NCBI GenBank assembly: GCA_002269645.1
Contig: NIVC01001542.1
Coordinates: 44,815-108,814, forward strand
DNA: 64,000 bases
Direction: 5' to 3'
DNA from: Macrostomum lignano
Taxonomy: Eukaryota
In this document: piece after piece, positions 1-12,316 of the stretch
Position numbering within the stretch: the first letter of the stretch is position 1
Layout: each line of letters starts with the position of its first letter
The notes under the pieces: model-generated
What the model saw: the letters and a program-made list of their open reading frames with translations, nothing else
What the model was told of the DNA's origin: nothing
The model's database searches: none
Program-made: the position numbers and the translations under genes

Positions 1-475
1 ATTGCTTGATAGTTTAAAATCGAATTAGCTTGAAGTAGAATTTGAAGAATAGTAGAATAACTGGTACAGGTAATCGAATGTGAGACCACTTTAGAGGGGG
101 ATTCACAAATGTGTGAAGGAATTCAACGCAAGAGTCAGACGCTTAATCGCTCATTGGCTCTGTGTGCAGGTCCCCTAACGAGGGCAACAACAGCAGTATT
201 TTAAGGTCTTTCTCCACTTTTAGTATTCGTATCGAATCCAATGGCTAAACTACATTTGAGCTGTAATGACCCGAATGAGTTCTCCAGTTTATTAATTAAT
301 TTTTTCAGAACGAAGGTAGGAAAACTATAACTTAGAACTTTAAGTTCCTGAGGTCACTAACCGGGCAATGAGCTAGTAAGTTTTCGGGTTGAAAGAAAAG
401 TTCAGTTGAACGTTAGATTATGTATCATTCATGGATGTGGATATGCATTCAGTATTGTTCACCCAAGCTTCAGCT

Positions 476-662
476 TCAGTCAATGCTCATCAGAAGCAGA
501 GCAGGAGCAGTCAATGGTACTGCAGCTGGTCCACTTTCACTGATTGAGTCGGCATCGTCTCCATTTTCGGCGCGCTCGTTTCGGCCTCCGGCCTCGTTAG
601 TCCTTCCAGATTGCACAGACTGGGCTGGTTCAATCGGTATTTCGTCCAGCACTGTGTATTGA
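476..662 (-). CDS. Possible terminal exon of the ankyrin gene
   Basis: The phase-2 donor AC|GTAGGC at 1250 matches the phase-2 acceptor TGCAG|T at 662, and the frame stays open (QYTVLDEIPIEP...SID*). No homology support. Confidence 0.4.
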
Positions 663-1246
663 CTGCATTGGTCGAAGTGTAACAAACGATGTATTTTATT
701 TTTGCTAATCGACTGGGTTGTCACTATTACGAATAGAAGCATTTAAATGTAAGCAATAGGAACTGCATATCTGGATCTTAAATGCCTTTTCTTAAGTATT
801 CGCAAGATCGTCATTGCCTGCTCATATTTGAAAATATCTCTTCTACTGGTTTGTCGAGAATAGACGATGACTGGTCAAAGAGCTGATAAAACCCAGCACC
901 TTAGATCTACTGCATTCCGTAATAAATATTATAATGTTCACCGACCTCAGTGAGAACTAAGGCCACACTTGTATACTGCATTTGTTGCATTTGTTTTAAA
1001 TCGGTCTTTAAGAAAACCGAAGTCAGTTGAATGCATTTTGCCTTGAATGCCTTGAAACAGATCGGGAAAAACTAAAGCCGAACCTACCGTAAATGAGATC
1101 GGTTCTTGATGGCTGTGAGGCTAGCCTTACTCAGGAAAAATCAAAGAAGCAACAGTTAAAACCACATGTTCATGTATACGATAGCTATGAGTACTCTCGT
1201 AGCTATCCCTAACCCCCAATAAAATCAATCAATAAAACTTGAGCGC

Positions 1247-4200
1247 CTACGTTCGGGGAAATTCCGCTTCGCTCGTCATCCGGTTGCACTCGGACGATTC
1301 GGATTCTGGCGGCCCTGAAGGCCCTGGCGGACCTAGCGACCCTTGCGGATGAGAGACGTCAACTCGTCGAGGTTCTGGTGTGTCATGTTCCATTTTGACG
1401 TCTCTAACGGCCAGTTCGGGTCTGAATAGTTTAAAAAATTCCATTGAAAAAATTGACACGGAAAAACTAATAATAGTACATACAGATATATTTATAATAC
1501 AGCTGTGTACTCGAAAACAAAACTCCCCACCTCTCTCCTGTGGCAGCTGGCAGCTGAACTTCCAGCAGTCGCTCGACCTCCTGATGCACCTCGGCGCTCG
1601 CCCAGACGGCCAGCTCTCCCAGACGGTCTCTGCTGCTGCCTTCGCCGATACCCTCCTTCTCAGCCAGCAGCTTGACGCAGTCCAGGTTGTCGCGGTGCAC
1701 TGCGATCATCAGAGGAGTCGCACCGCTGCTGTCCTCAGCATCGAGTCGAGCTCCGTGTTGCGAGAGAGCATCGAGGATGTCAGATCGAGCGGCCATGGCT
1801 GCCAGGTGAGCTGCGGTTGATCCTTGCGTGTTGGGCTTGCTTGGGTCGCACTGACTGCTGGTCAGCAGGAAGTCCGCGATGTCCTTGAAACCCTGACGGC
1901 AGGCGTACATCAGGCCCGTGTTTCCTTGAACATCTTCTTCATCAAGCGGTAGATTTTGCTCATTGGCAAATCTCAGTATTTTCAAGTGTCCGGTTCCGTT
2001 CAAGCCAATGCAAGCAACGTGTACAATGCTTCTCTGTCTTTGGTTTTTATGCGTTGAATCGCAACCAAATTCGATGAGCATCTTCATCGCATCCAGATGG
2101 CCGTTTAAGGCACAGTCAAACAGTGGTGTGTCGCCCTCCGCGTCAGGAATGTCGAGCTGAGCACCTTGCTCTTTCAAATACACCAAAATATGCTTGAGAT
2201 CTCTGGCTGCCGCTTGTTGTGCCGGTGTGTTTCCGTGATTGTTGGCAGCATTCAAACTATTTAAGTTTGTGAATCGTTTAACTAAATGGAAGTTTCCAGA
2301 ACTGACAGCGGCTCTGAGAGATGTCTCACCTGTAGCAGGATCGATTGCAGATAGTTCAACGCCTCGCTTCTCCACCCAGTCCACCATGTGCTGGTTTCCT
2401 AGCTCCAGTGCCTGGTGCACGATGCACTCCGGAAGGGAGGGTTCAAGCTCGTACAGTAGATTCGCAATATTCTCGTGCCCGTTTAGTACTGCACATTGAA
2501 TCGGAGTAAATCCCGAGGTGTTTTTTTGGACTAGAATTTCTACTGCATTTCTATTTGCATCCCTGATGTGCTGCAGGACGTGCAGGTTGCCATGAATGGC
2601 TGCAAAGTGAGCACAGTTCATGCCGTCTTTACTTTTGGTAGCTTCAGAGAACCCCTTCTGCTCAAGAAACTTGAACACCTCTAGGTTTCCCTTGATCGCA
2701 GCCAGGTGTAGAGGTGAGCGGGTCTCTGGTTCGGCAGTGTCTGGTTGACAGGAGCTTGGACAGTTGTCGCAGACCCACTTCACCAGCGCCAGCTTGTTTT
2801 CGATTGTAGCGACGTGCAAAACGGAATGTTGCTTGTTGTTTCTGAGGTCCGTGCGGCATCCGAGCTGGAGCAGCACTCTCGCCATGTCCAGCCTGCCTCT
2901 CATGATGGCCAAATGAAGCGCTGTTTGTCCGTCGGCATTTACAAGGTCTAAGAGCTCTTTTGCTAAGTCATGGTTGCATTTGATGAACTCTTGAAGCAAG
3001 TTTACGTCACCAAGCAAAATTAGATGATGCAATAGAGTCAGGTCTTTTTGCATTTTCTTGCCGTCGAAGCCAAATGTCATCAGATACTTGAAGTGATCCA
3101 GGTTTCCTGCCTTGAATATTGCCTTGAAAGTAACATTCTTAAGAGCCACGTCTTTGTCGAACTGACCGTTCTGCTCTTGAAGAATATGAGTGATAACGGT
3201 TTCGTTCAGAGCCAACGCCACAGACATAGGCGTGTCTCCTGTCACACTATAGACGTTTGGATTTGCACCTTTTCGTAACAGAAATTGCACAGCGCCGATC
3301 TTCCCATGTCTGATTGCGGTGAAGATCGGGGTCTCTCCATTGCTGTCTGTGAGGTTTAGAGCTGCACCGTTTTTGAAAAGCAGATTAATCACTTTCCGAC
3401 TACCGCAGGCGCAAGCAAAGTGCAAGGCACTTCTTCCGTTTCTGTTGACTTCATTGGCGCTCACTCCGGCCTTTATAATACTGGTCATCTGCTCGATCAA
3501 TTCTTTCTTGCTGACGCAACCTTCTGGCAAACTCTTCTTGGTTCCCTGACTTTCAATTAGCTTAATCACTTGATTCTGATCCTTCTGCGAAAAGGATTGC
3601 TTGATTCTCTCTATCTGCTGCTGCTTGGATTCATTTTCCCGCTTGGCTCTGTCTGGGTGTGACGAGGAGTTTTTGCTGCTCAGAATGTGCAGCACGTTGT
3701 TGCCTTCACCGTCCTTCTCGCTAACTCGAATTCCCGCCTCCAGCAGCAAAGGAATCAAACTCAGGTGCGACTTCTGAGCTGCGATGTGAAGCGAATTCTG
3801 ACCGCGAGCATTTTTATAGTTAATGTTGGGCCGCTGCTCGAGCAAAAACTTCAAAACCTCCTCTTGGCCGTTCAGGCAGGCAATGGTGAGGCAGTTCTCT
3901 CCGTCAGCTGTGCGGCTGCTGATCGACAACTGGCCTTTCAAGTACTCTTTGAGCAGGCTAACATTTCCCTGCTGACAGGCGTAGTGAGCAGCGCTCCACG
4001 AATTGTTATCAAACATTTCGGTCAAATTTACTCCCTTGCTGCTCAGCAGAGACAGAATTGAATTTCTGTTCAATTTAACACATAATAGAACTGGTGAGGT
4101 CCCTGACTCGTCAAGCGCATTGGGATCGAGCCCTTTGCTGATGAGGAAGTCAATGACCGACTCATTGTTGTCACTTACTGCGAAGTGTAGAGCGGTCTTC

Positions 4201-6491
4201 ATCGAGTTGTCGGTTCTGCTCAAGTTGCATCCCTGGCTGCAGAGAAAGCTGAGAAACTCCTCATTCTGCTTGGCTGCAGCCAGCAGGATTGGAGTGACTC
4301 CGTCGAGGTCGGCTTTGTCCAGCTCAGCACTGTGCTCGTGAAGCAGCTTCAGAATTTCCAACGATCCGTAATAGCATACAAAATGTGCTGGGGTTCTTCC
4401 TTTGTGCGTGACCGTGTTTATGTCTGCTCCTTTGCTGATCAGGAATTCGGCCATCGCAGGGTTCTTCTTAAAGCATGCAATCATCAGAGGAGTGATTCCC
4501 ATCTTGTCCTCCTGGTCAATTCGGCAGCCAAACATGGCAAAGTAGCGAACGATTTTTGCATTACCGGTCTTCGCTGCCAGATGAAGAGCATTCTCACCGA
4601 GGAAATTTCTCCTGTTCACGTCGCCATTGATGGCACTGCTGATGATGGCGAGGGACTCGCTGCCCTGAGCTGCGCACAGCATGAACGGTGTTGACCCGGT
4701 CTCGTCCTGTGTTTCGGTAGGACATGCGGCTTCCAGAAGGACCATTGCTGCATCATTGTCTGCTTTGGTGCAAGCAATGTGTAGTGCGCTCTGCAGTTTG
4801 TCATTGGTGGCTTGCAAATCCTTATCACCTTGCAAGGCCAAGTACTTTAAAATTTCGAGGTTACTAGTATGGATTAGACAAACAAGCAGGGGTGTGTTTC
4901 CTTCTTCATCAACGACACTTAAATCTGCACCATTCTTGTGCAAGTGTTTGACAATATCCAAACTGCCAGTGACCACTGCATAATGCAGAGCAGTCCGTCC
5001 CATCGTATCTCGGTGATTGATGTCACAAGCGTGTGGCGTATCGGTCAGATACTTCGCAGCATCGAAAGCTTTGTTCCTGACAGCCATCATGAGCGGCGTC
5101 ATCCCAGTGATGTCTGCTTCGTCCAGTGTCACGTTTTTCTGCCGCAAATACCTCAGCAGAGGTGCGTTGTTCGTCCCGGCGGCGTGAAAAGCAATGGTTT
5201 TGCCGTTCCGATCTTTTGTAGTAAGTTTGATGCCTGCTTCTGCCAGTAGGCGGACCATTGAGTATGAGTTTTTTCTAGCTGCAGCTAGAATGGCCGTTTC
5301 TCCTGTATGCAGATTGGGCGTTACCAAGTCTGCGTTTTTCTCTGCTAGAATCTGCAAAATTTCCTCAAGCTTGCAGCTTGCTGCCCTGAGAGCTGGAGTC
5401 ACCCCTTTATGATTGCTGTGACTCGGATTGCAGCCTTTCTCCAGAAGAAACTCCACCACTTCAACAGGCCCTCTCTGACACGCTTCTAGTAGGGCAGTTT
5501 CTCCGTTTTTTGGGTCGATCTCATCAATGACCTCTGTGTTCTCAGCCAGGTATTTTAACACCTCAAGATTCTGCTTCATAGCAGCAATGTGAGACAGCGG
5601 TCCCATCCTCTTGCTTGACTCGAGAGAGCAACCCTGCTCAACTAAGTAGCTAAAGAGTTCATATGTTCCATATAGAATTGCAAGTTGGACAGGTGTGTCT
5701 CCATCTTTATCTGCCTCGAACAGAGGAGCTCCTTTCTCACGAAGAAGCTTCAGAACTGTACAGTGTCCACTAATTATTGCGACTTTGACTATCTCTTCAT
5801 TAGTTGTGACGTCACAGCCATTTTCCAGCATGTACTTCACCGTATCATAAAATCCATTTTGCACGGCTCCGCGTAGAGGGCTTCGTCCATCGGATGTTTT
5901 TTCATCGAATTTCACATCGAGCAACATGAGTATGTCGGTGTGACCAAGAAGGCCTGCAGCGGAGGCTACCATCTGCTTGCTGCTGTGAGTCACGTTGCAG
6001 CCACGATCTGTAAGCAACTTCACTACTTCTGACCAGTCTTCCTGCGTAGCCTTCAACATGATGTCTGTCAATTTCTGCTCATTCAAATCTCGAATACAGG
6101 ATTTCCGCATCTCAAGTTTTTCAGCAATTTTAATGTGTCCGTTGTACAAAGCATAGAACACAGCAGACCTACCGCCGATTTCTTTCTTGGAAACGTCAAC
6201 TTCTTTTGAAAGCAAAGTATTGATGGTGGCTTCGTTTCCCTTCTGGCTGGCGCACATCAGAGGTGTGATGCCTTGCTTGTCACTCCGCTCTGGGTCGGCT
6301 CCTTTGCTCAGCAGAGTGTTGAACACATCTTGATGACCGCCCAGAGCTGCCATGTGCAGGCCTGTTCTGCCTTGATGGTCTGAGACGTTTGGTTCAAGAT
6401 TTTGCGTCAGATACTTGTATACAGTCCGATTGTCTCCTGCCTTAACTGAAGCAAAGAATATGTCTCTAGCGGCTGTTGGTGCAGCTGCCAT
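1247..6491 (-). CDS. Very large ankyrin-repeat protein (~1710-1770 aa, an estimated 40+ ANK repeats)
   Basis: ORF 1467..6632 has recurring GxTPLHxA..G...V..LL..GA repeats. The likely start is ATG 6491 (MAAAPTAARDIFF). Exon 6491-1531 (donor AG|GTGGGG, phase 2) joins exon 1421-1247/1251 (acceptor TTCAG|A, phase 2) in frame. Confidence 0.85.
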
Positions 6492-7118
6492 GACTCTGCT
6501 GTTGAAAGTTCTAGCAGCAAAATTGCTTAGATTACAAGCCGACTGCAGTCGGTTCAAACAATCGTCTTTAAACTGCCATCCTACGGAATTAAATAAAATA
6601 CTATACAAGCTATGAAGGCAAGCAATGTGCACACAGTATTGTTCTGCTGTACAGATTAAATTGAAACACTGTATTCTAGGTGCAGTAATAGATGAACATT
6701 CACAAGTACAATGAGCCCAGCCAACCAGGGTAGAAATGGAAGTTCAGCTTTTTGATGCCTGTACAAGAGTACAGAGAGGGCTGTACGGCAAGCAGAGTTG
6801 CAGCACTCTATCCCTTGTTTCTACCAGTGCGCACAGACGGAAACACAGCTGTGCGGAAAACTATGAGCTAAATTTATCTTTAGTGATAAATAGCAAGATA
6901 AAAGCAATTGTACATGTATATATAAAATTTGCACTGAAATGTGTGGCAGTTAGAAACAAAATTAGCAAATGAACATTAAACAGTGTGATTAAAAATGACG
7001 TAAACATTTATCGCCGTGTGAAAATTACCAAAACTCGGTGTAATACAGTAGCGCATGCAGAAACTTTAACTGGTGGACGGCAACACTTATAAAAGATGCG
7101 ATTTAAAAATTCGACCTA

Positions 7119-7257
7119 TTGGTGGGCGTCCCCTGTCTCTTGGTGGGCGCCCCTGTCTCTTGGTGGGCGCGCTCTGTCTCTTGGTGGGCGCCCCTGTTTC
7201 TTGGTCCCCTGTCCCTTGGTGGACGTCTCTGTCTCTTGGTGGGCGTCCCTGTCTCCT
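7119..7257. repeat. 20-bp minisatellite (CTTGGTGGGCGCCCCTGTCT), ~7 copies
   Basis: Tandem copies visible in the spacer between the divergent ankyrin and WSC genes. Confidence 0.85.
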
Positions 7258-7681
7258 TCACTTAGGTCCGGGAGGAATGCAAGTTTTACTTTTATGAAAG
7301 GGCCGTACCTTTGAGGGGACAATTATGAGGGGTAACCTCTTTTGGGTACGCCACAGGTGTTTCCTTACATTAAACTACTGATAATTGATTTTTATACTTT
7401 TATACGTTTTGTAGGCTGTAAACTAATCTGTAAAAATTCTACTGTAAGTAGGATATGCACACAGCAAAAGCTATTTTTTGAAACTCCGCACATTTTGTTG
7501 AAATTTTATCTACGTCTGATATGATGCGAGCCAGTCTCATCCAATCTCAAAAGGCGGATCTCGAGCAGCGATTTCCATTGGTTTTTAGCTTGTCATGCCT
7601 TCTCTATAAAACCCCTCTCTTATGAGCTTAAAATTTGATTAACACAATTCTAAAAACTCTTATCAGTTGAAAATATAAAAA

Positions 7682-8557
7682 ATGCAACTGAAAATTATTA
7701 ATTGGGTGTCGATTATTTTGATTGCCGTCTGCCTGCTCGGCTCGTCTGTCTGCCTGGACAGAGCTGCCGCCGGCATCATTTCCGGGATCGAATTCGACTT
7801 ACTTCGACGCGCTTGTCCAGCGTCCGACATCGCGGCCGGAGTTGCTAGCTGGACGGCCCGGCAGAGCCACCTGATGCTGTGCCTCGGCCAGTGCGCCGCG
7901 ACCGCCGACTCCACATCGGCGCCGGGATGCTCGGCTGCCATCTACCGCGACTCCGACGGTCTCTGCGGCCTGTTGAACTCGAGCCAGCTGGCCAGCCTGC
8001 TCGCTGCCAAGACTGCCGCCGAAGTGTCCTCCACGGGATGTCCTGGACGGCAGGTCTGGGTGGCCAGTGCCAAGCCTGAAAATATGACAACTGTTGAAGC
8101 TACAACCACTGCGGTTGGTACTACAGAGTCGAGTACCACTGCAGTCAGCAGCACCACTGCAGTCAGGACCATCACTGCGCTATCTGGGGCCAGTAAGTCA
8201 GAGGTTGAGGCTCTGGCATGATTGTCATTATATTGCTCACCAATCTATATAATTTATTCCATGCAATGCTTTGCAGCTTACATTGGATGCTATGCAGACA
8301 GCAGTTCGAAACTCGATTTGGACAAGGATTACAAAACCTCGGCTTTAATGTCCCGTCTCGTGTGCCTGAGCTACTGCCGATCTGGCAAGAAGTCGTACAA
8401 GTACTTCGGCTTGCAAAACAGCAAAGATTGCTACTGCGACCAGAACTATGGACGTCACGGATCTGTTCCCGAGACCGACTGCCGGCTCCCGTGCAGCGGC
8501 AATCCCGCCGAAATCTGCGGCGGTAGGTCGCAGAATTCGGTGTACAGCATCCCGTGA
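7682..8557 (+). CDS. Secreted protein: signal peptide + PAN/apple-like Cys domain + Thr-rich linker + WSC domain (263 aa)
   Basis: Exons 7682-8192 (A|GTAAGT) and 8277-8557 (TTGCAG|CT), both phase 1. WSC motif YIGCY.D...C..YC...Y.YFGLQN..DCYC...C...CSGN..EICGG...NSVY. Confidence 0.85.
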
Positions 8558-8739
8558 TGTCACGGTGCGAATCAACGTTTTTTCTGAGAATTCAAAAATC
8601 GAAAAAGATATCAAAAATGTAAAACACAGAAATTTTAATTCGGTAACTTTGTTTGCGTTAGAAACCTATTTGATAGCTATCTGCGTCTCTTCTTTCTTTG
8701 TAGGATCTATCCTATTTATAAAAAATTCAGAAATTCAAA

Positions 8740-9000
8740 GGGAGTCGTAGTCTGGTGGTCAGAGCATCAGACTGGCGACTTGAATGTAAAATTTGTGTTT
8801 TTGAGCAAGACAAGATACGAGCATTGCTTCAGTTCACCCAGCTGTAAAATGGGTTGCCAGCATTAGCTGGGGTAATTGAAGGTGTGTGGCGACCCCCCAG
8901 TCCTTGGACTGAACAGCCGTACGCAGCCTTCAGATGCTCCGCGCAAATTGCTGCGGCTGAGCTGTCGGTAGCAAATCTGCCCATTGGGGCAGGTGTAATC
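8740..9000 (+). mobile_element. tRNA-derived SINE (degenerate)
   Basis: tRNA-like head GGAGTCGTAGTCTGGTGGTCAGAGCATCAGACT; central TTGAGCAAGACA...CATTGCTTCAGTTCACCCAGCTGTAAAATGGG resembling CORE/Meta-type SINE domains; 3' part repeated inverted at 13780-13880. Confidence 0.55.
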
Positions 9001-9633
9001 AAATAAATTATTAATATTCTTTTACATTCTCATTGAAGAATCGGACCTGTCGAGGGACATTGGGATGGTCAGTTGACCCCCTTGACTCCCCTGTGTAGCT
9101 GGCATAACGGACTGTTAAGATGGATGTCTGGATAAATTATTTGAAAAATAAAACTGCCTCAGTTAGTGTTGAACAACTTTATTTTGCGTAAAACAAAACA
9201 CACTTAGTCAAGTTTTTGTGTCACTCAAATGTATCTTCAGCAGAGAAGGCAATTCTCTCTTCAAGCAAATCTCCATAGAAACGGCAGATCAACATGCATG
9301 TAAAGTTTTTTTTAATTTCCGTTTGTTATACAAAGATTTATTATCTGAAACATTTTACCGCAAAGTTTGTTTAACATTTAATTTCCCTGGTTCAACAGCA
9401 TGTTTCAACCTCAGAAACTTCACGGCTATGGGAAAAAGGAAGTTTGCTGTAAAACAAGTTTGTTCAACACTCTTCCTTTGTTATAATTTTTGGAAGCCTC
9501 TTTCCACAGAAATTGACAAGAGATTTATCGATTATTTTATAGATAGCAGCACTACAAGTTTTGAGACTGTGAGAAAGAAACTGCGATTAAAAAACTTGCT
9601 TTTATCACTTAGTTGCTTTGATCAGCTGCATGT

Positions 9634-10312
9634 AAGCTGACTGAAGAGAGGGTGAAGCTGACTGAGGAGAGGGTGAGGCTGACTGAGGGGAGGGTGAAGC
9701 TGACTGAAGAGAGGGTGAAGCTGACTGAGGAGAGGGTGAGGCTGACTGAGGGGAGGGTGAAGCTGACTGAAGAGAGGGTGAAGCTGACTGAGGGGAGGGT
9801 GGAGCTGACTGAGGAGAGGGTGAAGCTGACTGAGAAGAGGGTGAAGCTGACTGAGGGGAGGGTGAAGCTGACTGAGGGGAGGGTGGAGCTGACTAAGGGG
9901 AGGGTGAAGCTGACTGAGGGGAGGGTGAAGCTGACTGAGGGGAGGGTGGAGCTGACTGAGGGGAGGGTGGAGCTGACTGAGGAGAGGGTGAAGCTGGCTA
10001 AGGGGAGGGTGAAGCTGACTGAGGAGAGGGTGAAGCTAACTGAGGGGAGGGTGAAGCTGACTGAGGAGAGGGTGAAGCTGACTGAGGGGAGGGTGAAGCT
10101 AACTGAGGAGAGGGTGAAGCTGGCTAAGGGGAGGGTGAAGCTGACTGAAGGCAGAGTAAAGCTAACTGAGGAGAGGGTGAAGCTGACTGAAAGGAGGGTG
10201 AAGCTGACTGAGGAGAGGGTGAAGCTGACTGAGGAGAGGCTGAAGCTGACTGAAGGGATGGTGAAGCTGACTGAGGAGAGGCTGAAGATGACTGAGGAGA
10301 GGGTAAAGCTAA
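9634..10312. repeat. 21-bp minisatellite (AAGCTGACTGAGGAGAGGGTG), ~32 copies
   Basis: Tandem array. It produces the KLTEERV heptad ORF 9652..10338, which has no ATG. Confidence 0.95.
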
Positions 10313-10574
10313 CTTTAGAGTTGGGTAAAGGTAGATAGATGTACGTACAAGCGTATTTAATCGTGAGCTAAAATAATTTAACTGGATGGAGTTATTTGAT
10401 GTCTATGGAAGTTAAAAATAAAATAGAATTAGCAAGCTTATTTAGCTCAAAAATTATAACAGAGTAAAGAGCCACAGTGCAGTTGCACTTCAGGTAATCA
10501 CACATACGAGTATACCCTGATATACACATGATTTTTGCTTTATGTTCTTCGTACTGACTGCGTCAAAGCAGACC

Positions 10575-11744
10575 ATGACGGAATCCTTCCAAGAAGTGTT
10601 TGTTTTGTTTGTCGTAATATTAGCGGGTTTTGGTATCAACGTATCAGGTAAGTTGTGTTTGAGTTGCGTATACACTGACCGAAGTTACTGCTGAAGTTCC
10701 CGAGTGTTGACGGCACTACAACAGCCAACTCTTCCACACAGCTCTGACGCACTCAGCAGACTCTGGCGACGGCTTTGTGGTGATCAACGACGAGCAAGAC
10801 TTTCTCGTGAAAATCGGCCGTGCAAGTGTCGACTGCGACTACGGCGTTCGCGACCCGTACGAAGTCTGGGCGCGAGCCGTTGACATTGTGATGTGTCCGA
10901 AGACGTCTAGGTGCGCCGAATTAGAAGGGCCATCAGTTTTTGGCGATGGTAGATACGTGGTGAGTGGCTGTGTGGAGAGGTGATGCTATAGATGACGGGT
11001 CATGAATGTGCAGATCAGAGGTGATGCTCTGAATGACAGCTCAAAGGTCTGGAGATTAGAGGTGGATGCTCTGTAGGATAGCTCAAAGGTCTGGAGATTA
11101 GATGTGATGCTCTGTAGGATAGCTCAAAGGTCTGGAGATCAGAGGTGATGCTCTGTAGGATAGCTCAAAGGTCTGGAGATCAGATGTGATGAAGGCCGTT
11201 GCAAAATAATGTCCGTTATTGTCTTTTGTTAGGAATTCAAGAGGCGTTAAGAGATGAAAATATTCGAAAGACAATTTGGGAATTGTGGGTACTCTTTGAA
11301 AAATCGAAGCATTATAATATTATGTAAAATTTAACATAGGACGAGTTAAAATGTTTCTTTAAACTTCTTTTCCTGCAGAGCTACAAGGCCGGCTGCGAGG
11401 ATATTTGTCCTAAACAGCTTCCACCGGGCTACAAATGCCGGCTGTGCCATGCGAGCTTTTGCAATCTGAAGCTGCAGGGTGAGATAGTTAATAATACGCT
11501 GCGGTGTCTCAGCAACCTCGTGCAGCCCTATCGGATGGAGAGCGCCGTGGCGTACTTTTGCAGTCGAGATGTGCAGTACTGCTACCTGAGACTGGCGGCC
11601 ACCGTAGGTTGGATGGACGGATGGATGGATGGATGGACGGATGGATGGATGGATGGACGGATGGATGGATGGATGAATGGACGGATGGATGGATGGATGG
11701 ATGGACGGATGGATGGATGGATGAATGGATGGATGGATGGATGA

Positions 11745-11776
<32 letters not shown>

Positions 11777-11788
11777 ATGGATGGATGA

Positions 11789-11820
<32 letters not shown>

Positions 11821-12062
11821 ATGGATGGATGGATGGATGGATGGATGAATGGATGGATGAATGGACGGATGGATGGATGAATGGACGGATGGACGGATGG
11901 ATGGATGGATGAATGGACGGATGGACGGATGGATGAATGGACGGATGGATGGATGGATGAATGGATGGACGGATGGATGGATGGATGAATGGATGAATGA
12001 ATGGATGGATGGATGGATGAATGGATAGATAAATGGATGAATGGACGGATGGATGGATGGAT

Positions 12063-12095
<33 letters not shown>

Positions 12096-12280
12096 AATGG
12101 ATGGATAAATGGATGAATGGATGGATGGATGAATGGATGAATGAATGGATGAATGGATGGATGAATGGATGGATAAATGGATGAATGGATGGATGGATGA
12201 ATGAATGGATGGATGAATGAATGGATGGATGAATGGATGGATAAATGGATGAATGGATGGATGGATGAATGGATGGATGG

Positions 12281-12316
<36 letters not shown>

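Noticed and set aside
1467-1530. C-terminal tail WGVLFSSTQLYYKYICMYYY and N-terminal 47 aa (6492-6632) of the 1721-aa ORF
   Set aside because: Read-through into AT-rich intron/UTR. A phase-compatible donor at 1530 and an acceptor-like AG 7 nt before ATG 6491 explain them.
8895-8995. Self-cleaving ribozyme in the SINE tail
   Set aside because: No hammerhead CUGANGA/GAAA core or twister/HDV consensus could be placed; only simple hairpins are evident.
9652-10338. 228-aa heptad coiled-coil-like ORF (KLTEERV)n
   Set aside because: No ATG, and it coincides exactly with a 21-bp minisatellite whose unit is a multiple of 3. No splice context supports coding.
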